IMG/VR virus record: IMGVR_UViG_3300002092_000146
Location: 1 to 29,244 of that record
Source: a virus
Lineage: Duplodnaviria > Caudoviricetes
Direction: 5' to 3' (one strand)
DNA: 29,244 bases
The first letter of the stretch is position 1; every line of letters begins with the position of its first letter. A program made the translations under genes and the position numbers. Shown piece after piece: positions 10,301-19,388 of the stretch. The notes under the pieces were generated by a model. That model made no database searches. It was not told the origin of the DNA and saw only the letters and a list, made by a program, of their open reading frames with translations.

Positions 10301-11343
10301 CTAGTGCAAACGTTGTAGTCTTTGGCGTAACTGCTACGGCAGTTGGTAGTGGACACTCTAATGGTGTGTTGACATTCTCAGGCGGTAATCCAACAAGAGA
10401 GGCAGTTGTTGGAGTTGAGGTGTATCCAGCAAATGGATCAATTCGTAAATTAACCATTTATGATTCTGGTTTATATCAAACAGCACCAACTGCGGTACTG
10501 AACACAACTCCCGTTTCAATTAGTACAATTGTTTCAAATACTGCACCAGCATTCACATATGGACGATTTGTTTCGAATGGTACTATCACATTCTCTGGCG
10601 GTGATCCAATCATCAATGCAACAGCAAATGTTGAAGTGTATCCATCAAATGGAACTATTCGAAGAATTACTGTAACAAATGCTGGTTTGTATCGTACAGC
10701 ACCAACTGTTGCACCAAATAGTACACCTGTTTCTGTAACTCAAGTTCTCCCATTAGAAGGTGGAACTGGATACTCCAACGGTTACATTATTCTTCAAGGT
10801 GGTGGCGCAAATACCAATGCTGATGTTTCGATTGTTGTAAATGGCACCGGATCAATTGTCAGAACAGTGATAAATAACATAGGATTGTATACTGGTAATA
10901 GTGCTATTACTGTGAAAAGTGTAGTACCCGCAACGGGAACTGGAGCAACATTCAGTGTTTACGTTAATTCAAACACAAGTAATATTCCAGTTTTAAGTAC
11001 CACAACAAGCACAAATGCGACATATACCGCAGCAGTATCAATTACTGCAAATAGTAATTCCGTAACAAATGCAACATTTACGATGTCGGGTGTATCAAAT
11101 ACACAGACCGTAGCAGTAATTGATGTTGGATTTACAGGAACGAATACGGCAGCTCAAAGTGCAATTGAAGTGTATCCATCAAATGGTGCGATTCGTAAAG
11201 TTACTGTTAGCACACCAGGTGAATATTTTTACCGTCCAGATATCACACCAAACACAGGTGGAACTGGTGCAGTTTTAAGAGTTAATAGTGTAGGTTCATT
11301 TACCCAAACCGCAAATGGTCAAGAAATGATTATATGGAAATAA
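7321..11343 (+). CDS. gp7: Baseplate wedge initiator, gp7-like, with many inserted beta-rich modules
   Basis: 1340 aa between gp6 and gp8. It has QVPEFVRDEYP.FVAFLEAYY, LYKAKGS..SFKLLF..IFG and DYYVNYSYVISS.V....YK...KDLLHPVGF motifs of cyanophage-type gp7. Confidence 0.8.
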   Translation: MSLDLKTSLLVNRQVPEFVRDEYPIFVAFLEAYYQFLEGTANTGTTANNLVTTAKSLRDIRDVDSSLDSFETNFYNTYGSLIPLDVQADKALLFKHLVPLYKAKGSDASFKLLFQLIFGVDIDVILPQNNVLKSSSSKWQIDNKLRINQDIASIYTGDGTTKIFTLAQIVGKDEITVYVDNVEQTDFFVNKEYRKLIFTTAPAVNKIIRVVYDSFDTTLLNNRKVIGIKSGASAIIEQANRRIISDTLNLGLPVELLINTESLDGSFLNGEYVTIPIINPGDPYGNTINIEVSTFSIVKQFNVINGGYNYQIGDPVIVTSGNASVNAIGTVSSIFKGLIESVAVSRGGSVFSNLSPVAVSGNGTVTLTVVVDGIDQSGVNSANSFIVSTDIVSPYSSTVLSSANYAFANSIAVTSPNLNTRIVDVIGFQTLSVGPITNVKVLLTSGASPTTPLLDAFGAPYGPLAGSLRSPKSLRSIGRIKVNSGGSGYIIGDEVVFGANPSGTYGQAAAATVEAVTPTGGIVTIGMANTRLVGTATVTGSSAAVSGSGTKFLTDLRVGDKIDINNEPRIVSTISDDITMSVTSPFTYSATSKKIGVFGRNPKGGHSYTQNNFPTVTVSSVGGVGASIEIDSLVSDGESIFPTGVGQPGEILEIQVLNPGSGYEYIPIVTITGGSGTATANADIERSYLTSPGRWVTSDSIISSTERNLAGRDYYVNYSYVISSQVEFYRYKQLLKDLLHPVGFVNYATFNKTNTIDLTDVSVSTINVATDDQFLTVAGKVNVGNGSILVTGTNTKFNAAVSRGAFTAGSRIAVNGEICTVNSVVSNTSLLVSSNVNDIWVANAGSGYSNGYLVFSNGGGTITSLTITNTGSGYESGTVVLSGADEAIPAVATVVANANGCLQSVTLVSGGLYSGVPIALPASDPHKVLYANSITITNRGSGYSNGFLNFTGGAPIRPANVSVEVYTSNGAIRTLTVNDSGLYESNPSSATPNSSANVVVFGVTATAVGSGHSNGVLTFSGGNPTREAVVGVEVYPANGSIRKLTIYDSGLYQTAPTAVLNTTPVSISTIVSNTAPAFTYGRFVSNGTITFSGGDPIINATANVEVYPSNGTIRRITVTNAGLYRTAPTVAPNSTPVSVTQVLPLEGGTGYSNGYIILQGGGANTNADVSIVVNGTGSIVRTVINNIGLYTGNSAITVKSVVPATGTGATFSVYVNSNTSNIPVLSTTTSTNATYTAAVSITANSNSVTNATFTMSGVSNTQTVAVIDVGFTGTNTAAQSAIEVYPSNGAIRKVTVSTPGEYFYRPDITPNTGGTGAVLRVNSVGSFTQTANGQEMIIWK
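9823..11292 (+). repeat. Six degenerate ~70-aa protein repeats (GSGY...EVYPSNGxIR..T....GLY) in the gp7 C-terminal region
   Basis: Repeat cores are ANGCLQSVTLVSGGLY, SNGAIRTLTVNDSGLY, ANGSIRKLTIYDSGLY, SNGTIRRITVTNAGLY, GTGSIVRTVINNIGLY and SNGAIRKVTVSTPGEY. An exact 22-bp repeat TTGAAGTGTATCCATCAAATGG occurs at 10631-10652 and 11165-11186. Confidence 0.85.
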
Positions 11344-11345
11344 CA

Positions 11346-11353
11346 AATAAATA
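11346..11353 (+). promoter_or_regulatory. T4-type late promoter (AATAAATA) for gp8
   Basis: Intergenic 7/8 match, 6 nt before the gp8 ATG. Confidence 0.6.
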
Positions 11354-11359
11354 CAAGTT

Positions 11360-12916
11360 ATGACTTCAGCAACTTCTAAAAAAATAGCATATATTGCAGC
11401 ATCACAGTTCAAAGAATCGTTCTATGAACCTTCTCCAACTGTGGGTTACGTATTCATTGGTAATCATTTAGCATACACTGATGAGAATACTCCACCAGCA
11501 ATCATAGACTCCATTTCAGATGAAAAGAAATCTTGGAATAATATGATTGGTGCCAAGAAAATTACTGGTAACGATGTTGAGTTTGTGGTACCCAGAGTAA
11601 GTTGGACAGCTAACACAAAGTATAAACAATATGATGATGTAGTTTCATTTGATGAATTGCTGACAGGTAATACTTCGTTGAATGTTAAACCGATGTATAT
11701 AATGACTTCGGGTAGAAATGTTTACAAGTGCTTATCGAATAACTATTCATCCAATTCTACTGTAGAACCAACTGGCGATTACACATCGTCAAACGGTAAT
11801 ATTGCTACATCCGATGGTTACATTTGGAAGTACATGTTCAATGTTAAACCATCCAATAAATTCTTAACCAATACATGGATTCCAGCACCAACATCTACAG
11901 CGCAAATAGATTATGGTGTGAACCCAATTGATGTAGTTGATGGTGAACTTTCTACGATTGTTGTTACGAATACTGGTTTCGGCTATTACGAAAACAAGAT
12001 TTCTGTTCCGTTGATATTCCCATCGGGATGTACAATCCTGACTTTAGCTAATACCACAAACGTTGCTGCAAACATGGCAGTCACTGGAATCGGTATTACA
12101 CCTGCCACATATATTTCTTCAATCGATGTTTTATTGAATAAGATTACTCTGTCAACTCCAACAACTGCTGCTGGCGGTGGTGGAACATCGGCAAATCAAT
12201 TGTCATTGGCTACTAGGATTTATGTTGATGGTGATGGTACAAGTATCGCAGCAACACCCACTGTGAATGCTGCTGGCTACGTAACCAAAGTATCAGTATC
12301 CACAATTGGTCGCGGTTATTCACGTGCCAATGCTTACGTGTATGGTACAGGAAGTAATGCTTCTCTTCGTTGTATTCTTGATCCGAAATATGGTCATGCA
12401 TACAATCCAGCAAAAGAACTTGGCGCAAACAACGTGATGGTTGCCGTAAAAATTGGTGAAATTGATTCATCGGAAAATGGAAAGATATCTGCAAATACCA
12501 CGTTTAGACAGTATGGTATCTTTGTAGACCCCCATAAATATGCAGATGCAAATGTGGTAACTCAAGCAAATGCAAACTCAGTGGTATCTCAAACTACCGA
12601 TATATCAGTTGATACTGGCGCATCATATACATTAGATGAATTTGTTTATCAAGGAACATCACCATCAACTGCAAGTGCATATGGATTTGTTGTTGATCAA
12701 ACTTCAAGTGTAATTAAATTGACAAACGTGCAGGGGACATTTGCTACAGGTTCATCATTGGTTGGTGCAAGTTCGGGTACAAGTCGTTTAATTATTGGTT
12801 CAGGAACTCCAGAATTTCAACCATACTCAGGCGATATTCTTTACACCGAAAATACAGTAAAGACTACTAGAGCAGATGGTCAAGCAGAAAACATCAGACT
12901 TATTGTTAGATTTTAA
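11360..12916 (+). CDS. gp8: Baseplate wedge subunit, gp8-like
   Basis: 518 aa with YVFIG, VVPRVSWT, YIMTS.RNVYKCLSN, DGYIWKYMF, FRQYGIFVDP and YSGDILYTEN...TRADGQAENIRLIVRF motifs. Confidence 0.9.
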   Translation: MTSATSKKIAYIAASQFKESFYEPSPTVGYVFIGNHLAYTDENTPPAIIDSISDEKKSWNNMIGAKKITGNDVEFVVPRVSWTANTKYKQYDDVVSFDELLTGNTSLNVKPMYIMTSGRNVYKCLSNNYSSNSTVEPTGDYTSSNGNIATSDGYIWKYMFNVKPSNKFLTNTWIPAPTSTAQIDYGVNPIDVVDGELSTIVVTNTGFGYYENKISVPLIFPSGCTILTLANTTNVAANMAVTGIGITPATYISSIDVLLNKITLSTPTTAAGGGGTSANQLSLATRIYVDGDGTSIAATPTVNAAGYVTKVSVSTIGRGYSRANAYVYGTGSNASLRCILDPKYGHAYNPAKELGANNVMVAVKIGEIDSSENGKISANTTFRQYGIFVDPHKYADANVVTQANANSVVSQTTDISVDTGASYTLDEFVYQGTSPSTASAYGFVVDQTSSVIKLTNVQGTFATGSSLVGASSGTSRLIIGSGTPEFQPYSGDILYTENTVKTTRADGQAENIRLIVRF

Positions 12917-12926
12917 AGGTTAATAA

Positions 12927-15900
12927 ATGGCACTAACTACAAATTTTAATATTGATCCGTACTATGATGATTTCGATGATAATAAAGATTTTCATCGTAT
13001 TCTCTATAAACCAGGATACGCTGTTCAGTCCCGTGAGTTAACTCAATCTCAAACAATTCTACAAGACCAAATTAAAAAGTTTGGTGATCATGTTTTTAAA
13101 TCCGGTTCAATTGTAACTGGTGGTCAGATTTTTGTTCAGAACACTGCTTATATTAATCTAGTATCAACTTACGCTAATAATACTATTACTGCATCTAATT
13201 TTGATCAGCAGTATATTACCAATTCAACAGGAACAAAAAAAGCATATGTTCTAAAAGCATATTCTGCTGATGCTGCAACTGGCGATCCGATTACTCTCAT
13301 CATCAATTCGATGTATGGTGGGGATTTCACTGCTAGTGAAACTATTATCACAGCAAACACAACAACGAATGCCATCAATTATTATGCAAATACTGCGGCA
13401 AGTAATCCAACTGGTAACTCGAAAGCATTCTCAATCAATAGTGGTGTATTCTATTACGAAGGTTTCTTTGTAAAAAATCAACCACAATCTGTTGCAATTT
13501 CCAAATATGATCGTGCCAACTCAACGGCACTCGTTGGTTTTCAAGTAACGGAAGATATTGTTGATTACACACAAGATACTTCATTGCTTGATCCCGCACA
13601 GTCTGCTTCCAACTTCCAAGCACCTGGTGCTGATCGTTATAAAATTACACTGACTCTGACAACCCGTGCAACTAATAGTATAGACCTGTCACAGTTTATT
13701 CAATTGTCTGAGTTCCAAGACGGACTTCAGAAAAGCGTTATTCAAACTCCAATTTATGGTCCTTTGGGTGATGAACTTGCTCGTCGTACCTATGATGAAT
13801 CCGGAGATTATATTGTAAAATCTTTTGATATTGCAATGACAGACAACTCTGCAAACAGTGCATATGCAAATGTCACTTTAAGTCCAGGTAAAGCATATGT
13901 TAAGGGATATGAGTTCAGTACGATAGCACCAACAAGTGTTGTTATTCCGAAACCAAGAACTGTAACGAATGTAAATAACCAACGCATCAGTGCAGACTAT
14001 GGTTATTATATTTATGCTAATGGCTTCTTTGGCAACTTTGCTACTAATCAAATTGCTAACGTTGACATTTATTGCGTAGATACAGGTCAGTTAGTAAACT
14101 ACGCTGGTAACACTTCTTTCCTTGCAAACCTCAAAATTGGTACTGCAAAAGTTAGAACGATTGCGTATGATTCATCTGCAAATACATTAGATTCCAACAC
14201 GTACATTTATAAAACGTTTATCTCTGATGTGAACACTCGTTCACTCATTAATTTAACCGATCCAAGTGGTTCAGCAAACGGTTACTATATTAATACTGCT
14301 GGTAACACAACAACATTCACTTTACCTACTGGTTTCTCTGGTAATAATGATTGTTATGTTGGTGCTCGTATTCGTATTCTTGCTGGTAATGGAACATACG
14401 ATACCGCAAGAACAATTAAATTCTATGAGGGTTCAACTCGTAATGTAACAGTTGATCGTGCATTCTCACAACCAATTGGTGCACCATTAGGAGTAAATGC
14501 TTTATACTCTAATAGTAAGTTTGTAATCGACTTCGACATTGGTCAAGCAGAATCTCTTGCTCTCTACACTGCTGCTGGAAGTAGATTGTCATCTGCAAAC
14601 GTTCATCCATATTCCAAGCGTCAAGTAACAACCGCAGGTGGTGTGGTGCATTATCCAGTATTTGTTTCCGAATCCGGTTCCGAGCCGTTGTTATTCAAAG
14701 TTGGTGAAGATAATGTTGCACCAAACACGATGGCTGATTTCAGTTTCTCATATTCAAGATTATATCAAAGCGTTGCTTTTGATGGTAATGGTTTATCTAC
14801 AGCGTTGCCAATTGGTGTGGGTGAATCTTTGTTGGCAGCAACAACGGATACTGCTAAACAACAGTACTATACAATAGTTAGCACCTCAAAAGGAAGCAGT
14901 ATTTATGATGTGGGTACGATTGTCCCCGCAACTGGTATAGCAAGTATCAGTACATCAACTCGTCAAATTAACCTTGGTACAGCGGGTGCTAGTTTAACAG
15001 CAAACGTTTACGCTACAATTAGCAGTTCAAATCCAACATCTAAAACTAAAACATTTATTCGTGCAAATACAGTTTTAGTTGATCCTGCTGGTGGTGGCAC
15101 AAACAACATTTTTGGTGCTGGTAATACTTCGGTTTATGTTGCAGCACTTGATGGTCAGACTGCAATTACTAGCAACACAATGTTGGTGAGAACACCTGGC
15201 ATTCCTCAATCATTGTTTGTTTCTGATGTACATTCTATCAATGCAATTTTCGACTTCCAAGGTCAAACAATTAGCACTGCAAACTACAATGCATTAGATA
15301 AATCCACATCGTCAGCATCAAATGTAACTTCACGATATGTTCTTTCTACAGGACAAAAAGATTCTTATTATGATCACGCATCAATTCGTTTGAAACCTGG
15401 TCAAACACCTCCAACTGGTCCATTGTTGGTTCGTTATAATCGATTCAAATCATCTGGTACTGGTTACTTTGATGTAGATTCATATACTCGTTTAGGTCCT
15501 AATAATCTATCATATCAAGATATTCCATTATTCTCTACGGAAGATGGAGTTGCATATTCATTAGGGGATTATCTCGATTTCCGTGCAGTTCGTAAAGATG
15601 CAACTGAAGCATATTCAGCAAATAACTTTGTGTTTGATGTTGAAGATACTGGTGCGGGTCCTAAGTTCCCATTAGTCGGTAGTGCTATTCTTATTGATTA
15701 CAGTTACTATTTACCACGTGTAGATAGAGTCATTCTGAATAAGATTGGTACGTTTGAAGTCATTCAAGGTGTTCCATCAAGAACTCCAGTTGCTCCTCCT
15801 CAACCAGATGAAGCAATGACTTTGTATGTTCTGTCTTATCCTGCATATCTTGGATACGCATCATCAACAAGTATTCAAACATTCAAGAACAAACGTTACA

Positions 15901-18900
15901 CCATGAAAGATATTGGTGCTCTTGAAAAACGCATCGAGAATCTAGAATACTATACATCACTTTCATTGTTGGAACAATCAACAGTTTCCAAGCAAGATTT
16001 GTCAACGCTTGATTCTACTGGTTTACCACGTTACAAAAATGGTGTGATGGTAGATTCGTTTGTCGATAAATCTGTGGCAAACTTTACTGCACGTGATTTT
16101 AATTCGTCGATTGATATTGTCAACAACTTGGCACGTAATACTTACAACTTATATTCAACAAGAATATTTTCCAACAACAGTGTTTTCAATACTGGTGTTG
16201 AATTTAATGGTCCACTATTAACATTAAGTGGAACATCAGAAACCTTCCTAACGCAAAATCTGGCATCTAAATCTGTCAACATCAATCCATTTAATGTCAT
16301 CAACTATGTTGGTTCAGTTAAACTTGATCCACCATCTGATGTTTGGACATCCGATACTCGAATTGAAGCACAGAATATCGATCTAACTGGTGGTGATGCT
16401 GCCCGTGACGCATGGTCATCAATTCAAAGTACATCATGGGGTTCATGGCAAACTACATGGACGGGTGTAGATTCCACAGCACTTGGTGCAGCAAAAACAT
16501 CCAAAACTAATGTTCGTGTTCCAGGCAGTTCTAATCCTGGTCGTAAACATGCTAAAGAAACAACAACGACAACGCAAGATTTCCTAGAAACTACGACAAC
16601 AAATGAAACTCGTACCGGAATTCTGTCGCAAATTGTTCCACAACAACTTACTAAATCACTAGGTGATCGTGTTGTTGATGTGACGATTGTTCAGTTCATG
16701 CGTAACATCAACATTCTTGCCGTTGGTACTGGTTTCAAACCATCGACAACTTTGTACACATTCTTTGATAATACAAACGTTGACAAGTATGTGTATCGTG
16801 CAAACATAATTAAATTTGCCAATAATGATTTAGCATATCAGACCACAATTAGTGATCCTGAAGATGTAGCATTCTATGATGTTGCTACAAATTCACTGAT
16901 GGGTTCGGGTACAGTAGTATTATCGGCAAACAATCATGCATTCTTTACGAATATTGTTCCACGTTCATCATACGGTTCTTGGTCTGCTGCAACAAGTGGT
17001 ATTCGTGTAGTTGGTGCAACATCAAATGAAACCAATATTACTGCAACAGTAGATCATTATTCTGGTAAGGCTATCGCAGCAAACTCAAGTTATATTCAAC
17101 TTGATTACCATGCTGGCGGTTCATCAAATACTTCAGATTATGTTGGTCAGACAATTCGTATTATTGGTGGAACAGGTTTAGGTACATCTGCGGTTATTTC
17201 AGCATATGATCCTAATACTCGTTATGTACAAATTACTGGTACATGGACAACAACACCAGACTCAACATCAACATATTCTATTGGTACACTGACAACAACA
17301 ATCGAAGGTGCGACTGCTGGTATATTTGCAGCACCAACAGATACGTTCCGTACTGGTGAAAAACTATTCCGTTTGGTCGATAGTTCTACAGGTACTGTGG
17401 AAAACTCAACCACAAACGGTGATGCATCATTCTTCTCAGCAGGTTTAATTCAAACAAAACAAGAGACATCAGTTTCAGTATTTGTTCCTGGTGTGGTACG
17501 AAGTGATGTTTCAGAAAGCAGAACAACATCGTCATCGACAATACGTACTGCAACAAAAACCTCAATCAAATACCATGATCCTCTTGCGGAAACATTCTTG
17601 GTCAATTCTGATCAGTATCCGCAAGGACTTATGTTATCGAGTGTTCGTGTTTGCTTTAAAACTAAAGATGTGTCTGCTCCGGTTCAACTACAGATTCGTC
17701 CAGTAGTTAATGGTTATCCATCATCTTCTACTGTATATCCGTATGCTGATGTAATATTGACTCCAGATAAAGTCAATACTTGCACAATACCAAACATCGA
17801 AGACGCTAATAAGTACACCGAATTTAGATTTGATGTACCCGTTCTATTGTTACCGGGTGAGCACTCAATTGTTCTGTTGTCTAATAGTGTTGGCTACGAA
17901 ACATTTGTTGCTGAGAAAGACCAAACTAACTTAGCATCTTCGGCTAAGATTTCTAAACAAGCATACACAGGTTCATTCTTTGAATCGCAGAATGGTTCAA
18001 CTTGGACAGCAAACCAAAACATCGATATGATGTTTAGTCTTCAGAAGAAAGTGTATTCAGGTAATTACGGTTATGCTTACTTCGAAACAGACATGTCCAG
18101 CAAAACTGCAAATGCAGTCTATGACTTGATGCAAGTCATGTCAACTGATGTTGTTCTTTCAAACACTTCGATTGACTATAACTTCATTTCGCAACAAGAT
18201 GGAACTGGCACAACACATGGATTCTTATCATTCATTCCAAATAATGATTATAAGATGGTGGATGGATTTGGTCGCCGTGTTCTGAGTACAACAACTGGTA
18301 ATACTACATTCATTCTGAGAACCACAATGCAAAGTAGTAATCCTGACATATCTCCAATGATTGATGTTACTCGTCTAAATCTATTGACAATCGAGAATAA
18401 GATTAACAATTTGGGATTGTCTAACTCTGATATCGTTGTTGCCAACGTTGGTCAGAATATGCAAGATGGTATCTATTCATTGAGTCTATCTGGCGGTGGT
18501 GGTTCTGGCGCAGCAGCAAGTGCAAATGTCGTTGGTGGTAAACTAAGCCGTGCATGGGTAACATCTTCTGGTACGGGTTACACAACATCACCAACAATTA
18601 ATCTATTTGCTTCTCTATGTACATCGGTATCTGGTGGTTTACCATATTCGGGTGGTATTACTGTAGGTACTTCAGCAAATGGTGCATCAATTCTGATTAA
18701 TGGTGAAGATAAAAAAGAAGGTGGTAATGCAAAGGTTCGTTACTTAACTCGTAAAGTTCAGTTAGCACCAGGATTTATTTCTGGCGATCTTCGTGTTTAT
18801 ATGCTTGCATATAAACCAGCACTGTCGAACATCTATGTGTATGGTAAATTCTTATCTCCCGGTGATTCGGAATCATTTGAGGACAAAACTTGGAATCTAC

Positions 18901-19142
18901 TGACACAAATTAATTACAATAATTACGTGTCTGCTGATGAAGGTGATTTCCGCGAACTGACATTCGCTCCAGGAACTGCTGGTGTAGTATCCAATCAAAT
19001 CACATACACCAATTCTGCGGGTAGTCAAACGTTTACCGATTTTGCTACCTTTGCTGTTAAAGTGGTAATGACAGGAGATAGCACAGTTGACGTTCCTAAG
19101 ATTAAAGATTTACGTATCATTGCTCTACCTGACGGTCTATAA
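12927..19142 (+). CDS. Large virion structural protein, DUF4815/VrlC-like (tail/baseplate-associated)
   Basis: 2071 aa with TNFNIDPYYDDFD..K.FHRILYKPGYAVQSRELTQSQTILQDQI, APGADRY, LARRTYDESGDYIV, RYTMKDIGALEKRIENLEYYTSLSLLE, DPLAETF, GSFFESQNGSTWT and P.IKDLRIIAL motifs. It follows gp8, as in T4-like cyanophages. Confidence 0.85.
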   Translation: MALTTNFNIDPYYDDFDDNKDFHRILYKPGYAVQSRELTQSQTILQDQIKKFGDHVFKSGSIVTGGQIFVQNTAYINLVSTYANNTITASNFDQQYITNSTGTKKAYVLKAYSADAATGDPITLIINSMYGGDFTASETIITANTTTNAINYYANTAASNPTGNSKAFSINSGVFYYEGFFVKNQPQSVAISKYDRANSTALVGFQVTEDIVDYTQDTSLLDPAQSASNFQAPGADRYKITLTLTTRATNSIDLSQFIQLSEFQDGLQKSVIQTPIYGPLGDELARRTYDESGDYIVKSFDIAMTDNSANSAYANVTLSPGKAYVKGYEFSTIAPTSVVIPKPRTVTNVNNQRISADYGYYIYANGFFGNFATNQIANVDIYCVDTGQLVNYAGNTSFLANLKIGTAKVRTIAYDSSANTLDSNTYIYKTFISDVNTRSLINLTDPSGSANGYYINTAGNTTTFTLPTGFSGNNDCYVGARIRILAGNGTYDTARTIKFYEGSTRNVTVDRAFSQPIGAPLGVNALYSNSKFVIDFDIGQAESLALYTAAGSRLSSANVHPYSKRQVTTAGGVVHYPVFVSESGSEPLLFKVGEDNVAPNTMADFSFSYSRLYQSVAFDGNGLSTALPIGVGESLLAATTDTAKQQYYTIVSTSKGSSIYDVGTIVPATGIASISTSTRQINLGTAGASLTANVYATISSSNPTSKTKTFIRANTVLVDPAGGGTNNIFGAGNTSVYVAALDGQTAITSNTMLVRTPGIPQSLFVSDVHSINAIFDFQGQTISTANYNALDKSTSSASNVTSRYVLSTGQKDSYYDHASIRLKPGQTPPTGPLLVRYNRFKSSGTGYFDVDSYTRLGPNNLSYQDIPLFSTEDGVAYSLGDYLDFRAVRKDATEAYSANNFVFDVEDTGAGPKFPLVGSAILIDYSYYLPRVDRVILNKIGTFEVIQGVPSRTPVAPPQPDEAMTLYVLSYPAYLGYASSTSIQTFKNKRYTMKDIGALEKRIENLEYYTSLSLLEQSTVSKQDLSTLDSTGLPRYKNGVMVDSFVDKSVANFTARDFNSSIDIVNNLARNTYNLYSTRIFSNNSVFNTGVEFNGPLLTLSGTSETFLTQNLASKSVNINPFNVINYVGSVKLDPPSDVWTSDTRIEAQNIDLTGGDAARDAWSSIQSTSWGSWQTTWTGVDSTALGAAKTSKTNVRVPGSSNPGRKHAKETTTTTQDFLETTTTNETRTGILSQIVPQQLTKSLGDRVVDVTIVQFMRNINILAVGTGFKPSTTLYTFFDNTNVDKYVYRANIIKFANNDLAYQTTISDPEDVAFYDVATNSLMGSGTVVLSANNHAFFTNIVPRSSYGSWSAATSGIRVVGATSNETNITATVDHYSGKAIAANSSYIQLDYHAGGSSNTSDYVGQTIRIIGGTGLGTSAVISAYDPNTRYVQITGTWTTTPDSTSTYSIGTLTTTIEGATAGIFAAPTDTFRTGEKLFRLVDSSTGTVENSTTNGDASFFSAGLIQTKQETSVSVFVPGVVRSDVSESRTTSSSTIRTATKTSIKYHDPLAETFLVNSDQYPQGLMLSSVRVCFKTKDVSAPVQLQIRPVVNGYPSSSTVYPYADVILTPDKVNTCTIPNIEDANKYTEFRFDVPVLLLPGEHSIVLLSNSVGYETFVAEKDQTNLASSAKISKQAYTGSFFESQNGSTWTANQNIDMMFSLQKKVYSGNYGYAYFETDMSSKTANAVYDLMQVMSTDVVLSNTSIDYNFISQQDGTGTTHGFLSFIPNNDYKMVDGFGRRVLSTTTGNTTFILRTTMQSSNPDISPMIDVTRLNLLTIENKINNLGLSNSDIVVANVGQNMQDGIYSLSLSGGGGSGAAASANVVGGKLSRAWVTSSGTGYTTSPTINLFASLCTSVSGGLPYSGGITVGTSANGASILINGEDKKEGGNAKVRYLTRKVQLAPGFISGDLRVYMLAYKPALSNIYVYGKFLSPGDSESFEDKTWNLLTQINYNNYVSADEGDFRELTFAPGTAGVVSNQITYTNSAGSQTFTDFATFAVKVVMTGDSTVDVPKIKDLRIIALPDGL

Positions 19143-19151
19143 GGAGAATAA

Positions 19152-19388
19152 ATGTTTGTTCATATAGAAGAAGATAAACATCTAGTTCGAGATATGTCTA
19201 ATAGAGCAATTCTAAATACTGATCGTGTGGGACTAGAAAACTATTTGGCACAGCGTCAACTAGCAAAGCAGAGATTGGCTGAACAGGAAGAAATGAAAAA
19301 TAAAGTATCCAAACTAGAAGAAGATATCACGGACATCAAGAGTATGCTCCGTGAACTTGTACAGATGAAAGCACCAAATGGCAATTAA
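19152..19388 (+). CDS. Small conserved coiled-coil protein
   Basis: 78 aa with a strong AAGGAG SD, an LVRDMSNRAILNTD motif and a heptad-rich C-terminal half. Confidence 0.75.
   Translation: MFVHIEEDKHLVRDMSNRAILNTDRVGLENYLAQRQLAKQRLAEQEEMKNKVSKLEEDITDIKSMLRELVQMKAPNGN

Noticed and set aside
10631-11186. 22-bp exact direct repeat as a CRISPR repeat or att site
   Set aside because: There are only two copies, both in frame and encoding the EVYPSNG motif of the gp7 protein repeats.
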